Source: Blochmannia endosymbiont of Camponotus modoc
Lineage (GTDB): Bacteria; Pseudomonadota; Gammaproteobacteria; Enterobacterales; Enterobacteriaceae
Direction of reading: 5' to 3'
Length of the DNA: 32,000 nucleotides
NCBI RefSeq assembly: GCF_023585785.1
Contig: NZ_CP097765.1
Span: 758,675-790,674 of the forward strand
The position numbers were made by a program, and so were the translations under genes. The notes below the pieces were generated by a model. That model was not told where the DNA came from and did no database searches. It saw nothing but the letters and a program-made list of their open reading frames with translations. How positions within the stretch are numbered: the stretch's first letter is position 1; each line of letters starts with the position of its first letter. Below, piece by piece: positions 23,986 to 32,000 of the stretch.

Positions 23986-26268
23986 CTAAATTGTACAAGC
24001 ATCACTTGTACAAATATTTGATTGGTTATGTGGTAGTGTTTTTTGTACATCTTGAGCTCCATCACGGGTGTTATGATAGTATAATGTTTTAATACCAAGT
24101 CTGTATGCGTATAATAAATCTGAAAGTAGCTGTTTCATAGGCACTTTGTGTTCTGGAAATCGAGAGGGATCGTAATTAGTATTAGTTGAAATAGATTGGT
24201 CAATGAATTTTTGCATAATTCCTACTAATTGTAGATATCCCCGATTATCCGGTATTTGCCATAATAATTCATAATCAGATTTTAGTTTAATAAATTCAGG
24301 TACCACTTGACGCAAAATTCCGTCTTTTGAAGCTTTTATGCTAATGTAACCTCTGGGAGGTTCTATGCCATTGGTAGCATTAGAAATTTGTGACGAAGTT
24401 TCTGATGGCATTAATGCAGATAATGTAGAATTTCGTAATCCATATTTTTTAATCTTAACACGTAAATCTTCCCAGTTATAATGTAATGGTTCATTAATAA
24501 ATGAATTCAGTTCTGTTTTATATGTATCAATAGGTAGGATTCCTTTTGAATATGAAGTATCGTCAAACCACTCGCAAGATCCTTTTTCTTGAGCCAAATT
24601 GTTAGATGCTCTTAATAAATAGTATTGAATAGCTTCGAAAGTACGATGCGTTAGTTTATTAGCACTACCATCTGAATAACGTACCCCATGTTTAGCAAGA
24701 TAATAAGCATAATTAATTACTCCAATTCCTAAAGAACGTCTTCTTACAGCACTACGTTGCGCAGCAGGAATAGGATAATGTTGATAATCTAATAAAGCGT
24801 CAAGAGCTCGTACTATTAAAGTAGAAAGTTCAGATAAGTCATCAAGATTTTCAATGTTACCAAGATTAAAAGCAGATAATGTACATAAAGCAATTTCACC
24901 ATTATGGTCATTAATGTTATTTAAAGGTTTGGTTGGTAAAGTGATTTCCAAGCATAAATTGGATTGACGAACTGGAGCGGCAATACTATCAAAAGCACTA
25001 TGAGTATTACAGTGATCTGTATGTTGAATATAGATTCTTCCAGTAGAAGCTCGCTCTTGCATCATTAAAGAAAACAATTCTATTGCTTTAATTTTTCGAT
25101 GTCTAATATTACGATCATTTTCATATGTGTTATATAAGTGTTCGAATTCATTTTGATTATTAAAAAAAGCTTCATATAATCCTGGCACATCAGATGGGCT
25201 AAATAGTGTAATATATTTTCCTTCAATAAGACGTTGGTACATTAATTTATTAATTTGTACGCCATAATCTAAATGACGTATTCGGTTGGAATCGATTCCG
25301 CGATTATTTTTTAAAACAAGTAAATTTTCTATTTCTAAATGCCAAATAGGATAAAATAGTGTGGCCGCTCCTCCACGTACGCCTCCCTGAGAGCATGATT
25401 TTACTGCTGTTTGAAAATGTTTATAGAATGGGATACATCCGGTGTGGAATGCTTCTCCGTTACGTATTGGGCTGCCTAATGCTCTAATGCGTCCAGCGTT
25501 AATGCCTATTCCAGCACGTTGCGCAACATATTTTACAATAGAACTGGATGTTGCATTGATAGAATCAAGACTATCATCACATTCGATTAATACACAAGAA
25601 CTAAATTGGCGTGTTGGTGTGCGTACTCCAGACATAATAGGTGTTGCTAAAGAAATTTTAAAAGTTGATATCGCATTGTAAAATTGTTGAATGTAATGCA
25701 TCCGAGTTTTTTTAGGATATTTAGAAAATAAACAGGCTGCAGTTAGTATATATAAAAACTGAGCACTTTCATAAATTTCTCCGGTTACTCTATTTTGTAC
25801 TAAGTATTTACCTTCTAATTGTTTGACAGCAGCATATGAAAAATTCATGTCCCGCCAATGATCAACAAATGTATCCATTTGGTTAAACTCTTCCGCATTG
25901 TAATCATCTAGCAAATGTTGATCGTATTTACCAATTTTTGTTAATCGTAACACATGATTATATAGTTTTGGTGGTTCAAATTGACCGTAAGCTTTTTTAC
26001 GTAAATGAAATACCGCTAAACGTGCTGCTAAATATTGATAGTCTGGTTCTTCTTCAGAAATCAAGTCTGCTGCTGCTTTTATGATTGTTTCTTGAATATC
26101 GGAAGTTTTTATTCCATTATAAAATTGTATGTGGGAACGCAATTCTACTTGTGAAACAGAGACTTGCTCTAAGCCTTTGGCGGCCCAATTAATAACTCGG
26201 TGAATTTTGTCAAGATTAATAGGTTCGTGATGACCGTTTCGTTTAGTAACTAGTAGAGTTTGGTTCAT
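23986..26268 (-). CDS. nrdA: ribonucleoside-diphosphate reductase 1 subunit alpha (class Ia)
   Basis: 760 aa; N-terminal ATP-cone; FSSCVLIECDDSLDSI, NLCLEITLPTKPL..ALCTLSAFNLG catalytic cysteines; PSETSSQISNATNGIEPPRG; C-terminal CTSDAC redox pair. Confidence 0.99.
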   Translation of the reverse strand: MNQTLLVTKRNGHHEPINLDKIHRVINWAAKGLEQVSVSQVELRSHIQFYNGIKTSDIQETIIKAAADLISEEEPDYQYLAARLAVFHLRKKAYGQFEPPKLYNHVLRLTKIGKYDQHLLDDYNAEEFNQMDTFVDHWRDMNFSYAAVKQLEGKYLVQNRVTGEIYESAQFLYILTAACLFSKYPKKTRMHYIQQFYNAISTFKISLATPIMSGVRTPTRQFSSCVLIECDDSLDSINATSSSIVKYVAQRAGIGINAGRIRALGSPIRNGEAFHTGCIPFYKHFQTAVKSCSQGGVRGGAATLFYPIWHLEIENLLVLKNNRGIDSNRIRHLDYGVQINKLMYQRLIEGKYITLFSPSDVPGLYEAFFNNQNEFEHLYNTYENDRNIRHRKIKAIELFSLMMQERASTGRIYIQHTDHCNTHSAFDSIAAPVRQSNLCLEITLPTKPLNNINDHNGEIALCTLSAFNLGNIENLDDLSELSTLIVRALDALLDYQHYPIPAAQRSAVRRRSLGIGVINYAYYLAKHGVRYSDGSANKLTHRTFEAIQYYLLRASNNLAQEKGSCEWFDDTSYSKGILPIDTYKTELNSFINEPLHYNWEDLRVKIKKYGLRNSTLSALMPSETSSQISNATNGIEPPRGYISIKASKDGILRQVVPEFIKLKSDYELLWQIPDNRGYLQLVGIMQKFIDQSISTNTNYDPSRFPEHKVPMKQLLSDLLYAYRLGIKTLYYHNTRDGAQDVQKTLPHNQSNICTSDACTI

Positions 26269-26603
26269 ATAAATGTATACCCTTTGTGTAATATTAATAA
26301 TATTAGGCCACAGTAATTTGTGATGAATAAATTATGGCTCAGACTCGTGATAATTTGATGAATTAATAATGACATCATAATTTTTATGTATAAAATAGTA
26401 ATTAATTAAATAGTAATACAGGTGGAAAAAATTGCATGGTTCTTATTTGGCATAAATATTCTAAGTGTCTATACATAGTAATCATGCCGTACCGTCTTAT
26501 TATTTTAATATAATTGAACAATTGGATTATGTCTTTAATATTATATTGATCATATTAAAAAAAATTATTCTTATAATAGTAAATGTTTATTATTTATTAA
26601 TTT

Positions 26604-26634
26604 GTAATCACTCTATATTATATAGAGTGATTAC
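26604..26634. repeat. perfect 14-bp inverted repeat spanning the ubiG stop codon
   Basis: gtaatcactctata-tta-tatagagtgattac: arms 26604-26617 and 26621-26634; the loop tta (26618-26620) is the complement of the ubiG TAA stop. Confidence 0.85.
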
Positions 26635-27367
26635 TTTTTAGTTTAGCATGTAAGATATAGTTTGTATTGAGGTTATGTATTAAGGCGCATTTATGCGTGC
26701 AGGGATTATAGCATAATCCGGTGATGTTTTGTTCTTCTAAAATGGTAGAGTCAATCCATTCTAGTAATTCAGATGGGGTAATAAATTTATTAAAATTATG
26801 AGTGCCTTTTGGAATAATGCGAAAAATATATTCAGCGCCTATTATAACGAGCAGCCATGATTTAAATGTACGATTTAATGTGGAAAAAAATACTGATCCA
26901 TCTATCTTAATCATGGTAGAGCAAGCATGAACAATTGATGAGGGACACGGTACATGCTCTAAAACTTCCATACAGGTTACTACATCGTAGTGATTAGCAT
27001 GTTTTAAGGCATGGTTTTCTATTGTTTCTTGTATGTAATGAATATTTAAACCTTGATGTAAGGCATGTGATTTTGCAACTTCTAAAGCGGAAGCATTGAT
27101 ATCTAACCCAACGACTTTTGCGCCTGCTTGCGCCATACTTTCTGACAAAATACCCCCACCGCAGCCAATATCTAATATTTTTTTTCCAAATAGTCCATTA
27201 CTGTGCTCAATAATATAATTAAAGCGTGTCGAATTAATGTGATGCAATGGTTTAAATGTATTAAAAGGACCCCACCATTGTGATGTGGATGTTTTGAATT
27301 TATCGATTTCTTTTTTATTCATATTCTTTTGATTTTCTGTAAGTTCATCAATAATTGTGTCTTTCAT
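26618..27367 (-). CDS. ubiG: bifunctional 2-polyprenyl-6-hydroxyphenol methylase / 3-demethylubiquinol 3-O-methyltransferase
   Basis: 249 aa; WWGPFNTFKPLHHIN, GLFGKKILDIGCGGGILSESMA, VVTCMEVLEHVPCP, GTHNFNKFITPSELLEW. Confidence 0.97.
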   Translation of the reverse strand: MKDTIIDELTENQKNMNKKEIDKFKTSTSQWWGPFNTFKPLHHINSTRFNYIIEHSNGLFGKKILDIGCGGGILSESMAQAGAKVVGLDINASALEVAKSHALHQGLNIHYIQETIENHALKHANHYDVVTCMEVLEHVPCPSSIVHACSTMIKIDGSVFFSTLNRTFKSWLLVIIGAEYIFRIIPKGTHNFNKFITPSELLEWIDSTILEEQNITGLCYNPCTHKCALIHNLNTNYILHAKLKSNHSI

Positions 27368-27613
27368 GTTAAGATCTTCTTAAAATAAGAAAATAGGAAT
27401 GCTATAGATTTGAATGTTAGTATGTAGATTATTTACAACTATTAGTTCATTGAAATATGGTTATGAACTGATTTATATATAACATGATAAATGTATTTAT
27501 CTTTGTAGAGTAATTTAAATATTACTAAAACAGTTTATATTATAGTTTAATAGATTATTTAAACAATTTTTTAATATATATATGAATTCAAAATAAATAG
27601 AGGATATAAATGC
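27368..27613. promoter_or_regulatory. divergent ubiG / gyrA intergenic region, presumed promoters for both
   Basis: Head-to-head ORFs with 246 nt of very AT-rich non-coding sequence; no single -35/-10 pair assigned. Confidence 0.4.
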
Positions 27614-30151
27614 ATGAATGATTTTGCTAAAGAAATCACACAAATTAACATAGAAGAAGAATTAACGCATTCTTATTTAGATTATGCTATGTCAGTGATC
27701 GTTGGGCGTGCATTGCCAGATGTTCGAGATGGATTAAAACCTGTGCATCGTCGTATATTATTTGCCATGCAAGTACTTGGGAATTGTTGGAATAGAAATT
27801 ATAAAAAATCAGCTAGAGTAGTAGGCGATGTTATTGGAAAATATCATCCTCATGGGGATACCGCAGTATATGAAACTATAGTGCGCATGGCACAACCTTT
27901 TTTAATGCGCTATGCTTTAGTAGATGGACAGGGTAATTTTGGTTCAGTAGATGGTGATCCAGCGGCGGCTATGCGTTATACTGAAGTACGTATGTCTAAA
28001 ATAGCAAATGAATTATTGTTAGATTTAGACAAAGAAACTGTTGATTATGAACTGAATTATGATGGCACTGAAAGTATTCCAGGAATACTGCCTGCTAGAA
28101 TTCCAAATCTTTTGGTTAATGGTTCTTCTGGTATTGCTGTAGGAATGGCTACTAATATCCCTCCTCACAATCTTTCTGAGGTAATTAATGGATGTTTGGC
28201 GTTTATAGATAATGAGGATATTACTATTGAAGGATTAATGAAATATATTCCAGGCCCAGATTTTCCTACTGCTGCTATTATTAATGATAGCGGTGGTCTG
28301 AAAGAAGCATATAGTACCGGACGAGGTAAAATTTATATTCGGGCCCGATCGGAAATTGAAACTGATGTTAAAAGTGGTCGTGAATCTATCGTAATATATG
28401 AAATTCCTTATCAAGTTAATAAGGCTCGATTGTTAGAAAAGATCGCGGAATTAGCAAAATTAAAACGCATTGAGGGAATATATAATTTGCGTGATGAATC
28501 TGATAAGGACGGTATGCGGATAGTTGTTGAAATTAAACGTGATGCTATTAGTGAGGTAATTTTAAATAATTTATATTCTTTAACTGCGTTACAAACTTCA
28601 TTCGGCATTAATATGGTAGCATTACATCAAGGACAACCAAAAATTATGTCATTAAAAGACATTTTATCTGCTTTTGTATGTCATCGTCGCGCAGTGGTAA
28701 TACGTCGTGTTACTTTTGAATTAAAGAAAGCTCGTAATCGCATTCATATTTTAGAGGGGTTAGCGATTGCATTATTTAATATTGATTCAGTTATTAACCT
28801 TATCCGTCAATCTAATAGTTCTGTGGAAGCTAGTTCTGTTTTAATATCTTCGTCATGGAATATAGGCAATGGCTTTGATATAAAACAAAGAACTTTTATT
28901 AACTTGATGAAATCTGAAGGGTCAGAAGTAAAGAATGTTGTTCACAATAATCAATATTATCTTACCAAGAATCAAGTACAAGCTATTTTAGATTTAAAAT
29001 TACATAAACTTACTACTTTGGAGTATGAAAAATTATTAAAAGAATATAGCAGTTTGTTAGAAAAAATAGAAAATTTAGTCTCTATCTTAAAAGATCCTAA
29101 ATGCCTTATGAAGGTAATTCGTCAAGAACTATTGATGATACAAGAAGAATATAATGATTCTCGTCGTACTGAAATTAGTAGCAATATTGAAAATATTAAT
29201 GTTGAAAATTTAATTAATCAAAAAGATGTGGTAGTAACTTTATCATATCAAGGTTATGTTAAATATCAACCATTAACAGATTATGAGGCGCAAAAACGAG
29301 GAGGAAAAGGAAAGTTAGCAACACGAATTAAGGAAGAAGATTTTATTACGCGATTACTAATAGCTAATACTCATGATACGGTTTTGTTATTTTCTAATTA
29401 TGGGCGTATATATTGGATGAAAGTCTATCGATTACCTGCAGCTAGTCGTGGATCACGAGGTAAACCAATTATTAACCTGTTGCCATTAGATGTGAATGAA
29501 CGAATTACTGCTATTTTACCAATTCAAAACTATACAACAGGACATCAAGTATTTATGGCGACTAGTAGTGGAGTTGTAAAAAAAACACCGCTTACCGAGT
29601 TTAGTCGGCCACGTAATGTTGGTATTATTGCATTGAATCTTAATGATGGGGATGAATTAATTGGAGCCGATGTAACCGATGGCAGTAATGAGGTAATGTT
29701 GTTTACTGCTTACGGAAAAGTTGTACGATTTAAAGAAACACAGGTGCGAAGTGTAGGTCGCTCGGCGATCGGCGTAAAAGGTATTCATTTATTACAAGGT
29801 GATCGCGTAGTATCTTTAATTATACCAAAAGACAAGAGTTCTATTCTTACTGTTACTCGAAATGGTTTCGGAAAGCGTACTAATCAATCAGAATATCCGA
29901 TTAAGTCTCGCGCGACTCAAGGTGTGATTTCTATTAAGGTTACTGAGCGAAATGGTAATGTAATTGGTGCTGTGCAAGTAAATCAATCTGATCAAATAGT
30001 AATGATCACTGACTCAGGCCGATTAGTACGCACTCGTGTTTCTGAAGTTAATATTATTAGACGTAATACTCAAGGAGTTATGTTAATTCGTACAGCATGT
30101 GATGAATGTGTAGTTGGGTTACAGTGTGTTGTGGAGTCAGTAGAAAATTAA
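27614..30151 (+). CDS. gyrA: DNA gyrase subunit A
   Basis: 845 aa; [39 protein letters not shown] (catalytic Tyr), GyrA-box variant QKRGGKG, beta-pinwheel repeats through [23 protein letters not shown]. Confidence 0.99.
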   Translation: MNDFAKEITQINIEEELTHSYLDYAMSVIVGRALPDVRDGLKPVHRRILFAMQVLGNCWNRNYKKSARVVGDVIGKYHPHGDTAVYETIVRMAQPFLMRYALVDGQGNFGSVDGDPAAAMRYTEVRMSKIANELLLDLDKETVDYELNYDGTESIPGILPARIPNLLVNGSSGIAVGMATNIPPHNLSEVINGCLAFIDNEDITIEGLMKYIPGPDFPTAAIINDSGGLKEAYSTGRGKIYIRARSEIETDVKSGRESIVIYEIPYQVNKARLLEKIAELAKLKRIEGIYNLRDESDKDGMRIVVEIKRDAISEVILNNLYSLTALQTSFGINMVALHQGQPKIMSLKDILSAFVCHRRAVVIRRVTFELKKARNRIHILEGLAIALFNIDSVINLIRQSNSSVEASSVLISSSWNIGNGFDIKQRTFINLMKSEGSEVKNVVHNNQYYLTKNQVQAILDLKLHKLTTLEYEKLLKEYSSLLEKIENLVSILKDPKCLMKVIRQELLMIQEEYNDSRRTEISSNIENINVENLINQKDVVVTLSYQGYVKYQPLTDYEAQKRGGKGKLATRIKEEDFITRLLIANTHDTVLLFSNYGRIYWMKVYRLPAASRGSRGKPIINLLPLDVNERITAILPIQNYTTGHQVFMATSSGVVKKTPLTEFSRPRNVGIIALNLNDGDELIGADVTDGSNEVMLFTAYGKVVRFKETQVRSVGRSAIGVKGIHLLQGDRVVSLIIPKDKSSILTVTRNGFGKRTNQSEYPIKSRATQGVISIKVTERNGNVIGAVQVNQSDQIVMITDSGRLVRTRVSEVNIIRRNTQGVMLIRTACDECVVGLQCVVESVEN

Positions 30152-30839
30152 AATTGTTTTATTTAACTCAGTATCGAAGAGAATTTATCGTTATTAACTG
30201 TTGGTTTTAATAATGAAATTTTATTCAATAATATGAGATTTTTGTGTCTGTGAAATTAATATTGTATTTTCTGTTGTTTATTCATGTTTTTAATATTTAT
30301 TATGTTAATATATAGTATACAATAATTATTTCTAATATAATTATAAAAAATGATTACTATGATTTTTAAAATAGTTAATTGGAGTAGTGATTATTTAAGT
30401 TGAGGAAATGTAACAAACATGCAATATTATATTATAATACGATCATTCTATTATTGATATTTAACATTATGATCATAAGTAATATGATATTCAATGAAAG
30501 GAATTGTTAGATATATATATATTGAATGAGAAATCGTTGTGTAATTAGATAGCAAATAATATAGATAGAGAGAAACATGGGGTTTTTTATGTTTTATGCG
30601 TAGGATTTTTGTGTGTATTGTTTAAATATGAGTTGAATTTTGGAGAATTGTATTTTATATATATGCCGATATTGTTAATACAAATGTGAGCACAGTGGTC
30701 GGTTTATTATGTAATCACTCACTAATAATTAGAAATGGATTGATGCATATAAAGTGTTGATTTATTTTTGAAGAAAGTTAATGGGTGTTATTGAGTTGTT
30801 AAATAGTATTTTTTACTTACTATATGGTGAGGTATTGAT

Positions 30840-31961
30840 ATGAAATTACGGTGTTTTACTAGCCTGGTCGCAACTATGGTTATGGCAAGCACTGCCGTGG
30901 CTTCTGAAATTTACAATAAAGATGGAAATATATTAGATATGTTTGGTAGTCTTGTTGGAGGTCATTATTTTTCTAAAGATAATACTAAAAATGGGGATAA
31001 TTCGTTTGTAAGATATGGTTTTTCTGGAACAACATATATTAATGACCAAATTGTTGGTTTTGGGATGTGGGAGCATGAAATTTCCCTAAAGAATACTGAA
31101 GGAACCATCGTAAATAATAATGATAAGGTGTTACTTGGCTATGCAGGAATAAAATTTGGAAATTTAGGAAGCATTGATTATGGAAGAAATTATGGAGTAT
31201 TGTATGATGTGGGAGCATGGACAGATGTAACACCAGGATTTGGAGGAGATATATTGTTTGTAGATAATTTTTTATCTAATCGTAGTTCAAATGTGATTAC
31301 ATATCGTAATAAAAATTTTTTTGGTTTCGTGAATGGACTGGATTTTGCCTTACAATATCAAGGTAAGAATGATGTGAACAAAGCAACAGGTCGTACTTTA
31401 AAAACGGCTAACGGAGAAGGATACGGGGTGTCTGCATCTTACTCATTGGATAATGGGTTTGCTGCGTCCGTGGCTTACACTAATAATAAACGTATCACTG
31501 AACAAACTGCTTTAGATAGCAATCTTTGTTGCAATGATAATGCTGAAGCGTATTCTTTGGGCATAAAATATGATGGAAATGGTATGTATGTAGCAGCTGT
31601 TTATGGAGAGACTTATAATATGACTCCATTTGGTAGTTTCTGTGATAATCTTAATCCAGAATATATTTATGGCTTTATTAATAAAGCTAAGAATGTTGAA
31701 TTAGTGGCCCAATATCAATTTAATTTTGGTTTACGTCCTTCTGTATCTTATTTGTATTCAAAAGCTAATGATGCGGAAAATGATGGCTACAGGAATTTTT
31801 TAAAAAAATGTGTTACAGTTGGAACAAGTTATGTTTTTAATAAAAATATTTGTACTACTATGGATTATAGAATTAATTTATTACATAAGGATAGTTTTAC
31901 TAGTGCATCTCAGATTTGTACCGATAATGTTATTGCGTTGGGCGTAGCTTACGCATTTTAA
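30840..31961 (+). CDS. OmpC/OmpF-family general trimeric porin with Sec signal peptide
   Basis: 373 aa; signal MKLRCFTSLVATMVMASTAVA, mature SEIYNKDGNILDMFG, IDYGRNYGVLYDVGAWTDVTPGFGGD, TYRNKNFFGFVNGLDFALQYQGKN, ending ALGVAYAF (C-terminal aromatic); SD-like gagg upstream. OmpC versus OmpF orthology cannot be settled by eye; the position next to gyrA favours ompC. Confidence 0.95.
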   Translation: MKLRCFTSLVATMVMASTAVASEIYNKDGNILDMFGSLVGGHYFSKDNTKNGDNSFVRYGFSGTTYINDQIVGFGMWEHEISLKNTEGTIVNNNDKVLLGYAGIKFGNLGSIDYGRNYGVLYDVGAWTDVTPGFGGDILFVDNFLSNRSSNVITYRNKNFFGFVNGLDFALQYQGKNDVNKATGRTLKTANGEGYGVSASYSLDNGFAASVAYTNNKRITEQTALDSNLCCNDNAEAYSLGIKYDGNGMYVAAVYGETYNMTPFGSFCDNLNPEYIYGFINKAKNVELVAQYQFNFGLRPSVSYLYSKANDAENDGYRNFLKKCVTVGTSYVFNKNICTTMDYRINLLHKDSFTSASQICTDNVIALGVAYAF

Positions 31962-32000
31962 AGATAGGTCAACATTAAATACTAAAACAGGCGAATTAAT

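Noticed and set aside
25442-25681. Plus-strand 79-aa ORF antisense to nrdA
   Set aside because: Within an exceptionally well-conserved nrdA; shadow ORF.
28411-28608. Antisense ORF in gyrA
   Set aside because: Shadow ORF in conserved gyrA.
31039-31233. Antisense ORF in porin gene
   Set aside because: Shadow ORF, low-complexity Leu/His/Phe-rich.

Overview
The window reads as an ordinary, AT-rich stretch of a reduced gammaproteobacterial insect-endosymbiont chromosome. Gene content and protein style resemble Blochmannia-like ant endosymbionts, but I cannot prove genus from this window. Twenty-three protein genes are supported: fabB, pdxB, truA, accD, folC, a complete 13-gene nuo operon (nuoA, B, CD fused, E-N), then on the minus strand yfaE-nrdB-nrdA and ubiG, then gyrA and an OmpC/OmpF-type porin on the plus strand. 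Order and orientation are colinear with the E. coli arc fabB...ompC (reversed), with the intervening genes deleted and several long AT-rich non-coding spacers left behind. I see no mobile element, CRISPR array, toxin-antitoxin, defence or biosynthetic system, and no tRNA or rRNA that I can support. No undescribed multi-gene system is evident. Points worth a second look are residue-level oddities in otherwise conserved proteins (NuoH GEY->SGY, porin L3 PEFGG->PGFGG with K16->S and six cysteines, GyrA acidic-tail loss and T83/E87, NuoL SKD->SKE), three perfect AT-rich hairpins (one with the ubiG stop codon in its loop), and long homopolymers inside intact genes.
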